Of a stretch of DNA of 64,000 nt, positions 26,288 through 44,613 are shown in pieces. A program made the position numbers and the translations under genes. The notes below the pieces were generated by a model. That model saw only the letters and a list, made by a program, of their open reading frames with translations. It was not told the DNA's origin and made no database searches. This DNA comes from Pocillopora damicornis (lineage: Eukaryota), in contig NW_020843614.1 in assembly GCF_003704095.1 (NCBI RefSeq), forward strand, positions 124,001 through 188,000, given 5' to 3'. Position 1 is the stretch's first letter, and each line of letters begins with the position of its first letter.

Positions 26288-29196
26288 CTCTCCTACCCTT
26301 AGAGGTTATGAAGTGATTGAGGTGTGGCCTCTTTTAACACCAGAGAATAGGCATATGATACAACAGTCACAGGTTGGTGTCTTTATGTATTACCAAATTC
26401 CCTTGAGTGATTTTCAAGGACATTTACAGTGCATAGAAGCAAGAATTACAATCACTTCATAGGAGATACAAGGTCACAAGAGTTTTAAATTGAACTGGAT
26501 AGAAAAGTAGATGAAGCCTTCTCAAACCCCCTGGAGTTTTGACTCTCTAAAAGGTTTTTCTTCAAAATGTAATTTGGTTTGATGATATTACATTTTTCAA
26601 AAAAAAAAACTACTACCCACAATTTTTTGGCATGATTGATGCTTTCAAGTTTTGCTTAACCCTGGATCACTAGCATTCATTTTGGTGAAGTGATTTCGAA
26701 TTTTCAAAATTGAGGGGTTGGACAGCTGCAGTATTTGTAACAGAGATTGAAATCTTCACGAATTCTAAGAACAAGAAGGAAATTTCACCGATGGTTGATT
26801 AATGCAGCTTATTTCACACTAATGGAAATTAAATTTACCATAAGCTATAAAACAAAAGAATGAGTTCTCCTGAATGGGTGAAAGAAGATCTACTTCACAT
26901 TGTATTTCAGTTCGTTAACGAAAGCAACCTTCTTTGAATTGCTAGCATGCTGAATATTTATTTTGTTTCCAAGAGGCTGGTATTAATTGTGAATCACCGG
27001 CTATTACGATGAGAATCTAGTTATCAGCGTATCAATTTCTGTTTAAAGTGATTATTAAGAGTTCCACAACCTATTGAAAAATTGATACCCTCTTCCGAAA
27101 TTTCATGGTGTTAGATAAAACCTAGGCATTTTCTGAACGAAAATATTTGGAAAAGTTCAGGGACGAACTGGATAGAATAATGAATAATTATTAGCGTACA
27201 TTTATCGGCAATTTGGCCGAATGATAATTTTATTAAACGCTAAAGCAATACAAAATTAAGAAAGCACTTAGGGTTATGAATATTAAAGCTAAATGCGTGG
27301 TGCGCTTAGAGGAAAGCTGTATATTCTCGAACATTCAGGGTTTTTCTTCCCTTTTTTTAATTTAAATCTGAAAAAAAAGAATCACGTCTTTTTCAGAACA
27401 CATATACGGTTTCAATTTTTGTTGGGATTTTAATTGGATTTCTGTATATTTTAAGATGTTGCAGCCTCTTTTTCTATGTTAAACGAATTGAGAGAAATTA
27501 CCAAAACTTAAAGGAAAAACTTATATGAAAGATATCGCCCTCAGCAACAGGGCTTTGGCACTTTGTTTTCATGTTGGGGATGCTGAATTACTTAAGACTG
27601 AATCTTACCCTTAGGGACAAATTTAAATAAATGTAATTAGAATTGACCGAGTTCTGCGTGATGTGACAGCTGTAGTGTAAAAAGTCAAGACGGAGTATCT
27701 ATTTAAAATGATTTCGTAATTTTGAGGAAAAGAAAAGGTTAAACTTTTTTTCACAAACCCAATTAGAGCACCAGAACTCGATTTGTCATAGGCATGAAAT
27801 ATTCATTTATCTGAAGTAGAGGGCGTCATGAAAGATTAATCTGCGAAATTGATTCCCAAATTTAAACGAAATTAAAAAGGCGAGGCGAACTTTTCATTTT
27901 CCCGGCAATACTGGACCAAGACTATTTAAGAATAACTACAGTAGGTAAAATCATGATAAAAAAATTCCTTTGGATAGAAGTTCTGAGACAGCCATCTAGA
28001 AGGCGATAATTGAAGGAAAATTGAACACCTTAAATTGTGAAAAGTTTTTTTATCAAAATTTTCTTCGCTCAAAGTTCAAAGTACACCGTCCTTTACGTAC
28101 TTTGTGCATCTTGCAAATTCATGTCGCCAGTACCCAAGTTTTTTTCTTGTCTTGAATAGGTCAAGTCATATGAAGACGATTAATTACACCTTTGCTCCAG
28201 GATTTGTATTTAAATTAATCAAATATAGAAAGGGTATTGTCGAGTCAATTACATTAAAAGCTTCCGCAATACACAGTGCACTTTCCGTGTTCTGTAAATA
28301 TACCTTATTCAATCATAATCTGTGTGTGAGTTTTATTCTAACAATAAGTCCTTACATTGAGGAATATTGTCTATCAAAGACTCAATTTGCCACTTTCTAT
28401 ATTTGTTTGCCCAGTGATTCGTCGGTAGAAAAAGAGATGAGATTTGGCTGTCGTGGTTTATCTCCACATCAAGGCACCGTGACAAGTTCTTAAGTGATCT
28501 TTATTTCCTTCTCAGGCGTAGCTGCTGTGGCAAATTCATGAACCTGAGAAGGGCTTAAGTCTGGTTGACAGAATTAATTCGAAGCGTCATTTTAGAGCTT
28601 TAGGACTAAAGCTTATCGTAAGTTTAAGTGTGGTTTTGAAAACTTGACCTATAGCGCGCACTCGAAAGGTGCAAATAGATTAAGCTGAAATATTCTGAAC
28701 TGGCAGTGAAATTTTTAGTAACAGCAAGAAGGACTGAAAAAGAAATTAAAACTTCAGTGATAAATTGGCAACTGGAAAACGACCAAAAAGAAACTGTGAA
28801 ACAATTAAGGACTGAATGGCTAGACATATTTGCATTGAAGTAAGGATAAATGGCTCTAAAAAAAGATATGACAAATCAATAAATTAACGATTCTTTGCCG
28901 AAGCACACACTAAATGGACCCGCAGACTATTGTACAGAGATGTATTTTTTTACAGATCTTCGCTTCGCTATGAAGTCATCAGTGGTGCTATCAGTTCACC
29001 AAAATTCAATTTTAGAACCGTACTTGAAGCTTCTTTGAAACTCGAGATTATTTGATTTTATTGATTAATTTTGCTCAATCGCGTTCACGAAACTGATTTC
29101 TTCACAGGTTATTATTTGTTTCACGGTGGAGGCATTTGTCACTGGCGGTAGAGAAGACAAGAAAAACCACACAGATTAATACAAGCTCGCAGAGGA

Positions 29197-30165
29197 ATGA
29201 TTCACGGAAACGCCTCGAGCCGCTGGTGGGTCGAGCTTTTAACAGAAGTGACAATTTTCGTTATAGGGTTTTTGGGAAATATCTTTGTGCTTATTATCGT
29301 TCACAAGAGGAACGCCAGGATGACAGTACATGGGATTTTTGTTACAAGTCTGGCTATTGCAGATCTGGTTTTGCTGTGCTTTGATTCACCTGTTTCTATT
29401 TTACGCCGGTTCAGTCTCGAGTCCGAAACATATAACTGCAGAGTACATCCGTCTGTTGTTACAACCGGATACAATGCAGGACTCTTCACTATCACTTCCA
29501 TGGCGATTCATCGGTGCCATATTGTAACAAATCCGTGGAAACCGAAGCTGAAGCGGAGAGGTTCAATAATTTGGGTGTCGCTTGTGTGGCTGGCTGCTTT
29601 TATTTTGGTTATTCCGCTTATTGTTGTCAATAGAATAACAGAAAATGGCAAATGTGAAGAGCAGTGGTCCTCACTCACAGTCCGTCGGGCATACACTGCT
29701 TTGCTAATGACACTTCAGTACATGCTACCACTGCTCATAACAGCAATTTGTTATCTTCGAATACTGGTATTTTTGAAACAGCGACCTGTGTTGCCGGGAA
29801 ACAACGATCCCAGCAACAGAAGTCCAGCTCTAAATGAAGAGAACACCAGAGAAACAATAACGATACTAAAGACCGTAGCAGCAATTGTTTTCTTGTTTTT
29901 GGTGTTGTTGTTGCCAAATCAAGTCGCTTGGATGCTGTTGGATTTCAGAAATGTTTCCTATGAAGAGCTTTGGTTTGTCGCAGATATACTGACAAGACTG
30001 CATAGCTGTCTAAACCCAGTTGTGTACGGAGTCACGAACAAACAGTACCGTCGTAGTTACGCCAGCTTTTTATCGTGCATGTTTTGCACGATATCGTGCA
30101 TGTTTTGCGGTTGCGGACGATCTGGGAGCCTTGATCTTACGCCAGCGGAAAACGCCACCGCATAA
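29197..30165 (+). CDS. Intronless class A GPCR paralog 3 (322 aa)
   Basis: 7TM motifs GN, LAIADL, HRC, NPVVY; splice-acceptor-like ttcacag at 29101-29107 suggests a 5'UTR intron. Confidence 0.93.
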   Translation: MIHGNASSRWWVELLTEVTIFVIGFLGNIFVLIIVHKRNARMTVHGIFVTSLAIADLVLLCFDSPVSILRRFSLESETYNCRVHPSVVTTGYNAGLFTITSMAIHRCHIVTNPWKPKLKRRGSIIWVSLVWLAAFILVIPLIVVNRITENGKCEEQWSSLTVRRAYTALLMTLQYMLPLLITAICYLRILVFLKQRPVLPGNNDPSNRSPALNEENTRETITILKTVAAIVFLFLVLLLPNQVAWMLLDFRNVSYEELWFVADILTRLHSCLNPVVYGVTNKQYRRSYASFLSCMFCTISCMFCGCGRSGSLDLTPAENATA

Positions 30166-30621
30166 TTCAGGAAACGACTGAGCAATTTGCCTGTGGTTAC
30201 ACGGAACAGTGTTAGATTCAAGAACTTAAGATTTTCTTTAAAAAAAATTACATTTGTTAAGGGGCGCTACTCATGCCATGTTTGACCAAAAAACATTAAC
30301 CCCCTCACAAACTTTTTAACTAAATACGTTTTAACGCAAAATGTTTCCCATATCCCTTGATTAACTCATATTATTCTATGTTATTCCCGTGTGATTAACC
30401 TCGGTTGCCAGACAAATTACCTGATCTAGGCGGAGCATCATCAACTTTATATACAAAAAGGATAATCTCGAGAAACAACTCAAGGAATATAGTTCCTTCT
30501 TAAACTTCCTGGTTATGCGCTCTACTGTAAACGTTAGAGTTAGCGCCAAGGGAGCTTGCTAATGCTTTTGATTCAAGAAGGGGTGCTATAGCTAAGCAGA
30601 TTCTCCTTTTGAGGAAATTTT

Positions 30622-30910
30622 AGTTTTCGAGGGTTGGCCCTTCGTCAGAGCGAGAGAAGAAGGGCTAACGCTCGAAACGTCAGCTTTGAAACTCTATACG
30701 GTGGCCAATTTACATTATCAACTCAGTCGATAAAACCAACATTTTCAAATTTTTTGTGGGCTGTTTCGCTCTGACGAAGGGCTAACGTTCGAAACCTCAG
30801 CTTTTAAACTCTTTACGGAAGTCAATCTACGGTTTTAAAAAACAAAATGATCTTGTTATACTCTCCCACCGACACAGCACCATAGTTTCCTCAGAAACTT
30901 ACCCCCTCTA
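30622..30910. mobile_element. Cluster of three partial copies of a repeat carrying a minimal type I hammerhead-ribozyme-like motif (Penelope/retrozyme-type)
   Basis: Composite consensus gct-CTGACGA-a-gggc-taac-gctc-GAAAC-GTC-agc; copies at 30622-30652 (-), 30654-30684 (+), 30768-30801 (+). Confidence 0.7.
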
Positions 30911-32865
30911 ATCGGTTTTACCGCGAATGCTCAAAAATCAAACAAAACCTAATACATTTTAGTCCATGTAGCTTTCCCTGATAATATATCTGTTTTACTG
31001 ATTTAAATGGTTACTGAGGTTTTCGTTCTAAACTTTGCTTAGGATTCCTTAGCACTAATCAAACGTACTTATTCTTGAATAACCGAGATGATTTATCGCG
31101 GATTATTTCCAAAATATCAACGAACAATTGGGTGATGGCTACATTGAAATTGAGTGACTCAAACTTGTAACACTTTACGCTAAGAACCAGGAGCTTATAA
31201 TGGGCTCCTGCAAGAACTTATAAAATGCTAATGAGGAGGAAATTTGTATATCGACGAAAATCCAAGTCACGACGCGACAGTGATTCAACGGGTAAGACAA
31301 CGATTCCATATATGCCGCGAACGAACGTACTCTTCGGAACATTTCTTTGTCGCGACGGCACGCCTATCACGTAAATTTTGATCATGCAGGGTTTCATGGC
31401 GTAATAAACGCACAGCTGAGTGCACTCCCTAGCAGGCAATGACAGGAAAATTCACTTAAATTTAATTTGAAAATGCAAGTTGCGCGAGTTGCATTAATTG
31501 TAGTAATGCATTTGTTATGACGTCATGTCATGGCTACTTAATTAACTCGCCAGTAACATGAATAACAAGCGCTTTAATAATTATCATCTTGTTGTAGGAG
31601 ACCACTCATGGCATTGGTGGCGTTTTAGAGGAAAACAATTATCAATTTATCATTTATCTTCGTCCTTTTTTTAATCATACTACCGTCGACGTGCTAGCGT
31701 GAATTACTAAGACCCTCATCATAATTATGACTCCTAGCGTTTCAAATTGGCATGAAATGTTTTCCAAAGGCCGTAATTCGGGTTTGCCCTTTGTACAACT
31801 TCTTTTTAAAGTCATTTAATGAGTGCACCCATCAGTTTAGCTTTTGAAAGCGCGCAATTGCTCCTAACCGGAAAGAATTCTCCATAGCAACAGGTCCTTG
31901 TGTTGGAGGGTGTGTTAATCATTGACTCTTGCAACATGTTATATTATATTTAAACTATTAATCAAGCTCACTGTTCAAAGTACTTTAACATGAGTCCAAG
32001 ACTGAACGTAAGGAGATTCCATTTTTTAACGCTCATTGTTATACGTTATCGGAACCAGTTCCACAGGAAAGCTTTACGTCTTAGCGACATAACCTAATTT
32101 AGAAACATGTAAAATACATGAATATTGATCGCTGTGCTTAATTCAATGCCTACATTTTATATAATGTACCTGTAGTTAAAATAACAACCTTGAACAAAAC
32201 TCCTTTTGGAAGAATTTTTGTTACAGGATTCAACAAGTCGAAAGATTTCATGACATACTGAGGCTCGATGTGCGCGAGCATCAACAGATGACATTAAACG
32301 ACACGGCAGGTAAAAAAAATGTTTTCCAAGTGAATAATCGACGCTAATTCGTTTCATTTCGGAATATTCCATTATAGAAAGAATAGCGGGTTGTACGGAG
32401 AACTTACCTTACAGCTGCCTATTAAGTGAGTTAACTGACCAATCATATTTCACAATCTGAAACATATGGCCTGGGTATTACCAAAATTTTCCGGAGGCTA
32501 GTGAGGCTCTTGGAAATTATTCTGAATTATTGATGAATCGGCATAGTTAGTGAAAAATATAAACGGAAAAATACAAAAAGAGTACTAGTTAAATTAACAG
32601 TATCATCAAGAGAGTAACATGGTCAGTCAACACTTGTCGGGAAAACTCTTTTCATCGAGCCATCATCGATAAACCAAGACAAATACATCATTGTGTAAAT
32701 TTAGGAAGCAGTCAATCAAGGAACTCGACGATAACAGCTGGAAGAAAGCAAGGTTTCGTTCAAACAAACGAAGCTTTCGCCGAGTCATTGAAACTTACCA
32801 GTACTTACCAAGCGATAAGTGATCAAAGGCGAAAACAGAACTTAACTTCTCAGACTCGGTTATTC

Positions 32866-33906
32866 ATGTTTGAAATGGAGAACCCAAAATGGGGGTTCCA
32901 ACTTGCCCTTGAGGTCACTATCTTTATCGTGGGACTTACAGGAAATATCTTTGTACTGATTATAGTTCACAAGAGAAACGCCAGGACGACAATTCATGGA
33001 ACATTTGTTACAAGTCTGGCCATTGCAGATCTGGTTTTGCTGTGTTTTGATTCGCCTGTAGCCATTTTACGTCGTTTTGGCCACAAGGCTGATGTATTTA
33101 ACTGCAGAATACATTTGACTGTTGTTACAACCGGATATAATGCAGGGCTTTTCACTGTCACATCCATGGCGATTCATCGGTGCCATATTGTTACAAAGCC
33201 GTGGAGACCAAAGCTTAAACGAAGAGCTGCAAAGATATGGGTGTCACTCGTGTGGCTAGCTGCTTTTATTTTGGTTATTCCACTTATCATCGTCAATAAA
33301 ATAACAGAAAATGGAAACTGTGAAGATTGGCCTTCCCTTGCTCATCGCCAGGCATACACCGTCTCACTCCTCACAGCACAGTATATCTTACCGCTGCTGA
33401 TTACAGCAATTTGCTACATACGAATATGGCTTTTTATGAAAAATCGACCAGTGTTGGCGAGAAACAGCAATTTATTTACTAAAAGACAAATCCCTGGAGA
33501 AGACAGTACAAGAGAGAGTGTGATAGTACTGAAAACCGTAGCGGCTATTGTTTTGACGTTCTCGCTATTGTTATTACCAAATCAAATCGCTTGGATGCTG
33601 TTTGATTTCAGAAATGTTTCCTATGAGGAGCTCTGGTTTGTTGCAGATATATTTACAAGGCTCCATAGCTGTACAAACCCAGTTGTTTATGGAGTCATGA
33701 ACCCACAGTATCGTCGTAATTACATCGCATTTCTTTCGCGCATGTTGTGTTGTCGTCGATTCAGACGTGTTGCACAGGCACCCCCAAATAGGACAATGGG
33801 TGACCAAGCCGTTCGACAAGCTGCATGTATTGAGCAAAACATATCACAGAACCACCAGGCTGACAGTGGCGGTAACATAGAGCTGCCATTAACTATTCAA
33901 TATTAG
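32866..33906 (+). CDS. Intronless class A GPCR paralog 4 (346 aa; alternative ATG at 32875)
   Basis: 7TM motifs GN, LAIADL, HRC, NPVVY; CC after helix 8; longest C-tail of the four. Confidence 0.93.
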   Translation: MFEMENPKWGFQLALEVTIFIVGLTGNIFVLIIVHKRNARTTIHGTFVTSLAIADLVLLCFDSPVAILRRFGHKADVFNCRIHLTVVTTGYNAGLFTVTSMAIHRCHIVTKPWRPKLKRRAAKIWVSLVWLAAFILVIPLIIVNKITENGNCEDWPSLAHRQAYTVSLLTAQYILPLLITAICYIRIWLFMKNRPVLARNSNLFTKRQIPGEDSTRESVIVLKTVAAIVLTFSLLLLPNQIAWMLFDFRNVSYEELWFVADIFTRLHSCTNPVVYGVMNPQYRRNYIAFLSRMLCCRRFRRVAQAPPNRTMGDQAVRQAACIEQNISQNHQADSGGNIELPLTIQY

Positions 33907-34660
33907 TGGTTGGGTCAGTGGTTGATGTGACAACTGTGTCCGCTTTTCGAAGAGTTTTCAAACAGAATCTACCGCAATCACCTCCACACATTAACAAAAG
34001 AGCTTTAAGTACTTGGTTGGAAGGACACCAAGCATCAAAACCTGAAATTGACATAATGAGCGAGAACAAGTGGTTGCATTCCAATGCAAACTCAATGGTT
34101 TTGTATACTCAAACTTCAGTTTGTTAAGACTCTTTCTAATCTGAAAAGATTTGCTTCAGTTTGGAAAGATTCCGCTTCAATTTGGTAAGGCTTGCTCCAA
34201 TTACGAAAGCTTGCTCTGATTTGTACAGGTTCCACACCAATATGGAACACCAATGCAGAGAGATTCTGTTCCACCTTACTTCAATTTCGAAAGATTTTGG
34301 TGGAAAATTTGTTATTCGTAAGGAAACTCGTTCTTTGCCACCACCCTTTAATTTCACAAGCGGTTGTTCAATCGCACCATGAGATCGTCCTTTAACAAAT
34401 TCCGCAACTTGTAACAATAGCGGAGGTAAAATAGTACAGTGCAAACTCCAAAAAGATGACGCATTTCCACTGTGTAAAAAAAATGCTATGAAAAGCTTTA
34501 TTTGATCTACAAATATATGTTTTTATAACCTTCTGGCAGTTACCTCGATAAATAACATAAAAAAGGACCATCAATACAAAAGGAAGCTCTTTCAATTCAA
34601 AAAGTTCCCTCCATAAATATGCTTGCCATCAAATGTGCTGAAATGTCCAAACTACAAGAA

Positions 34661-41005
<6,345 letters not shown>

Positions 41006-41150
41006 TGCAGAAGGCTACATTGCTAGTGAAAACCTACAGCCACGTAGAAGTCTCTGGTAAACTAACTAATTACAAGGTGTAACCTTGTTCACGGATGGTA
41101 GCCATGTTTACAAGTGCACGAAAAGACAAACTCTGTAGAAAACTAGCTTA

Positions 41151-41158
41151 TGACGTCA
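41151..41158. promoter_or_regulatory. Perfect CRE palindrome TGACGTCA ~150 bp upstream of the PP1-like ATG
   Basis: Exact motif, near TGTTTAC (forkhead-like) at 41106-41112; function untested. Confidence 0.35.
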
Positions 41159-41522
41159 CAATTAAAAGTTCAGTGGACTGGACTCTGATCACTTTACGGG
41201 AAACTCTTTCACATTAAAAACAAACTTAGCAGGTATCCTGTTGAGTCGAAGCTGAACTTCCTCAATCGCCTTACAAAACCCTAGATTTCAGATCATATCT
41301 GATTTCTTAGATTGAGCAAGCTGGGATTTAGGCAAAAAATGGCAAAATTCCAACAAAGAGAGCTACCTCAAAGGCTCACTGCTAACATCACTAAAAGTAT
41401 AGAAGCCAAATGTGAGTATGGAGAAATCTAATTGAAACTGAAACTTTCCTCGATGCCCAACTAATACATACAGTTTGATACTTACAAATCATTACATTCA
41501 ATACTCAATTTTTATTTTCAGT

Positions 41523-41826
41523 TTCAGGTCCCAATTCCTAATTTGAACCTATGACCTCGGCAATTCTAGTGCAGTGCTCTACCAACTGAGCTAACAAGCC
41601 AACTGAAAGCTGGTCATTATGTTAATTCGTAATTTACAGTCAGTGATTAATCCCTTCATGCGTTTGTATCACAGAGGTATGTGTTCAAACCCTATACAGG
41701 CCTAAATTTTTTTCAGGCTTAATTTTCACCACTGTTTATGTAAGTTTCATTACTGCAAAGATTCCTTTAGTATTAATTTCTTAATCCAGAGTACACATGT
41801 ATTCATTTTACATATTCACAGTCATT
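41523..41826 (-). mobile_element. tRNA-derived SINE-like repeat
   Basis: Reverse complement of 41523-41600 = ggcttgtTAGCTCAGTTGGtagagcactgcac...gGTTCAAAT (A and B boxes); partial opposite-strand half at 41665-41705; no intact cloverleaf. Confidence 0.7.
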
Positions 41827-41940
41827 AATGCAAAGTATGTCACTATATGTTTGCACATTCACTCATCCAGAGATACACCTAAAGACAGTGATTATCAGTT
41901 ATCAAGAATATATTTGATACAACAATCATTTCTTAATACT

Positions 41941-42597
41941 TCAGTAGGAGAATGTATCTAGTATAAGTCGTTTCATTGTGGTCCCCACAGACTGAGATGG
42001 CTGGTCGGAAGCTTGGTAACTAAACTTATGAAGGTAAGGTTGAACGTCTGGGTAGCTTATATCAAAAACATTAGCAACATCTGACTGATTCGGCATCTTG
42101 GGAACATACTCTGGTCTGTTCATCACTCCAGCAATACAAATTATTTTTTCTGCGAGAGCCTCGCCGACTTTTTCTCGGCAGATTTGCCGTTCGTGCTCGT
42201 TAGCTAGGCTGACGACATTTAATTTTACCGTCCAAATTTCCCACGGAATATTCTCCATTCCGAAAGGCCACCGAGCTTTCTTTCTTTGATAAAACTCTAG
42301 AGAGATTTGTCCGCTCCTTAGGCCGTTGGAACTTTTCAAAGATTCCCTAAACTCCGCAACTTGTCTTTTCAAGGAGCGATGTAACTCATCCGAATCTACC
42401 CGAACATAGGTGCAGTTCACAAAATCGCAGTCAACATCAACCATCCCAACGGTTCCTATGCTATAAGACCCTTCTCTTTTGTAGTTAAACTTTCCAGACG
42501 TCCTGTGAAGTAAAATTGAGTGAAAAATACTCAAAATTGCCTCTTCAATCTGTCGTCCTTCGACAGATAACTCGAAAACTTGCGATCGCGCATTCAT
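41941..42597 (-). CDS. ATG101: Autophagy-related protein 101 (218 aa, HORMA domain), intronless CDS
   Basis: [43 protein letters not shown]; WF finger RWPF; IPWEIW; first ATG at 42597. Confidence 0.97.
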   Translation of the reverse strand: MNARSQVFELSVEGRQIEEAILSIFHSILLHRTSGKFNYKREGSYSIGTVGMVDVDCDFVNCTYVRVDSDELHRSLKRQVAEFRESLKSSNGLRSGQISLEFYQRKKARWPFGMENIPWEIWTVKLNVVSLANEHERQICREKVGEALAEKIICIAGVMNRPEYVPKMPNQSDVANVFDISYPDVQPYLHKFSYQASDQPSQSVGTTMKRLILDTFSY

Positions 42598-42734
42598 TCT
42601 TCCTGAATCTCGGATGTTTTCGCCTTCAGTTGCCACTCAATCTTTCCGTTGTTCTCGAAAAGAAAGGTAGAGGAGGTACTGGGAACTAAGTCGTACTGCG
42701 AACGAGGCTAAAGAGGTTGCATACCCGATTTAAG
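42598..42734. promoter_or_regulatory. Compact bidirectional promoter between ATG101 and NDUFA3
   Basis: Divergent start codons only 137 bp apart; AAGATGGC (YY1-like) overlaps the NDUFA3 ATG. Confidence 0.75.
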
Positions 42735-43852
42735 ATGGCTGGCGTTATGAGAAAGACTATTGACTGGTTTAAAATTGCTTGGGCAAGGGAGCCTGTGCTG
42801 TTTATGTCATGTGTTTTTGGAATATCAGGTAGCTTAACTGTCTGTTAGTTTGTATAGAAATGTTTGTTAGTCGATAGGTGTGTTTAAACAGGCTTAAATC
42901 TCGTTCAGCTTACTGAACAATCTCGCAGGTCTTTCATGATCAGATACTTGGCTTCAACCAATACTGATTATATCAGTACAAAATGGAGCTATTCCGAAGT
43001 AAAAAATGAAGAACAGTTTATGTAAGCTCTATCAAAAGATTATTCAATGTCGTTCAGACTTATCTCTGTATATGTGCGTTGACAAAAAGGTAGGGACAGC
43101 ATTGCCTTCCTTTAAAGTTCGTGGTTGTTTACGTTAATAACAACGCTATGTTTATTTCATTTGCAATACTTGGACATCAGTCATTTTTTTGCCCTTTCTA
43201 TTATATATGCAAATGTTAAAGGGAGGAGAAGAGCGAATTTTCCATGGAAAATTAAGTAGAGGACTCTTCTTTTGTCCAATGAAAAGTTTTTTTCTTAATT
43301 TGAAACTGCAAATTTCATTCTCTAGCAGATAAACTTAGAAAAGTTTTGCTCTCAATCACAAGATCCTAGTGAACTCCGAAAATATAGCCTACTTTTGTTG
43401 TGTTATTTTCTCATAATGTAATAATTAAGAAATCTGATCTAGCACTCGAACTTACTTACTTTCTATTTCTTCTAGGTCCAATCTTTGCACTGGTCAGTCC
43501 ATGGACAAAAGATACAGTTGCCACAATGAAATCAATACCCCATGTTTACCCATGTAAGTTAGTGTATTTGTCAATTATTTGATATCAGTATCACACCACT
43601 TCACACTTCCAGTTTGTTTGCATGCAGCTGGGGAAAAGCACGGCTCATTATTTAGGTTGTGTTGTTTACTTATTTTTTAAAAAATATGGCATTGAATATT
43701 TATCCTCATATTTTATAGCATTGAAGTATGAGAACATGATAATTTTTGTACTTTGTTTTTTTTTTTCCAAAGATCCTCAGTTAGAAGATCAAGATTTGAG
43801 TGATGTTGACAGCCATGGAGATAATATTTTCAAAGTTAAATATCTTTTTTGA
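42735..43852 (+). CDS. NDUFA3: NADH dehydrogenase (complex I) 1 alpha subunit 3 / B9 (83 aa)
   Basis: Exons 42735-42828, 43476-43553, 43773-43852 give MAGVMRKTIDWFKIAWAREPVLFMSCVFGISGPIFALVSPWTKDTVATMKSIPHVYPYPQLEDQDLSDVDSHGDNIFKVKYLF; AWxxEPVL, SP, YPxP, DVxSH motifs; AATAAA at 44034. Confidence 0.88.
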
Positions 43853-44404
43853 CAGCCTACTTGTTCTGAGCAGAGATGTGTCAATTTTTTACTTGTACAA
43901 AGTTGATTTTGCATGTTTGATAATTTCCTGAGAGTGAGGTAGTATACCCTGTTACAACAGAAATAAGAATTGATCAGTGGAATGCTCATGTCTTATCAAT
44001 TGTGTGAAAGTTTGTTACTTGTGAACCACTCCAAATAAAGTCAAACCTTGGTGTTGACAACAGTTTTATTGAGGTGCTTTCTCCATTTATGAGTAGAAAA
44101 GGCAACCATTTAGGTTGGGGCAAGGAAATCCTGGTAATTGACCCTACTTGAAAATCAAGCAAGTTTGCTAAGTCTGAAATATTATTTTAGAACAAACCAG
44201 AGTCCAGTAAGGATGGGACACTCCTATCATTATGATCAAGAGCTCCCCTCTTTCCTCCCTTCCCCAAGAAGAAAAACCTAGGCATGAATCTGTTCCTAAG
44301 AAAGGCTAAGGGCAATTTAGAAACTAATGCTGAAAAAAAGCTCAGGATCCAATTTATTTGTGTTTTCTATGCGTAGTGGTTGTACTAGAAAATGTATACC
44401 ACTC

Positions 44405-44613
44405 TTAACCCTTTGACTCCTGATCAAGTTTGTATTTCTCCTTACTGTCAATCATACAATTTTTATGATGTTAGTTCAGAGAATTTTGTATTGGATCAAC
44501 AATTTTCTCCAAGTTTTCATTTTTTTCTATTCTCATTACTAATGTAGTTGAATTTGTATTGATATTATAAGGAAAAATTCTGTCCTGGTCACTCATGTGA
44601 GTTAAAGGGTTAA
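44405..44613. mobile_element. TTAA-flanked piggyBac-like MITE (201 bp core)
   Basis: TTAA|ccctttgactc ... gagttaaaggg|TTAA: target-site duplication on both sides plus terminal inverted repeats. Confidence 0.8.

Noticed and set aside
33906-34444. Overlapping short ORFs after GPCR paralog 4
   Set aside because: No motifs or splice logic; probably 3'UTR or intergenic
41523-41600. Possible tRNA gene
   Set aside because: A and B boxes are present but the acceptor and T stems do not pair; it is embedded in a SINE-like repeat
42598-42636. 13-aa N-terminal extension of ATG101; likewise upstream extensions of GPCRs at 17328 and 32788
   Set aside because: These start at GTG/TTG under a prokaryotic-style ORF caller; the first ATG gives the expected protein
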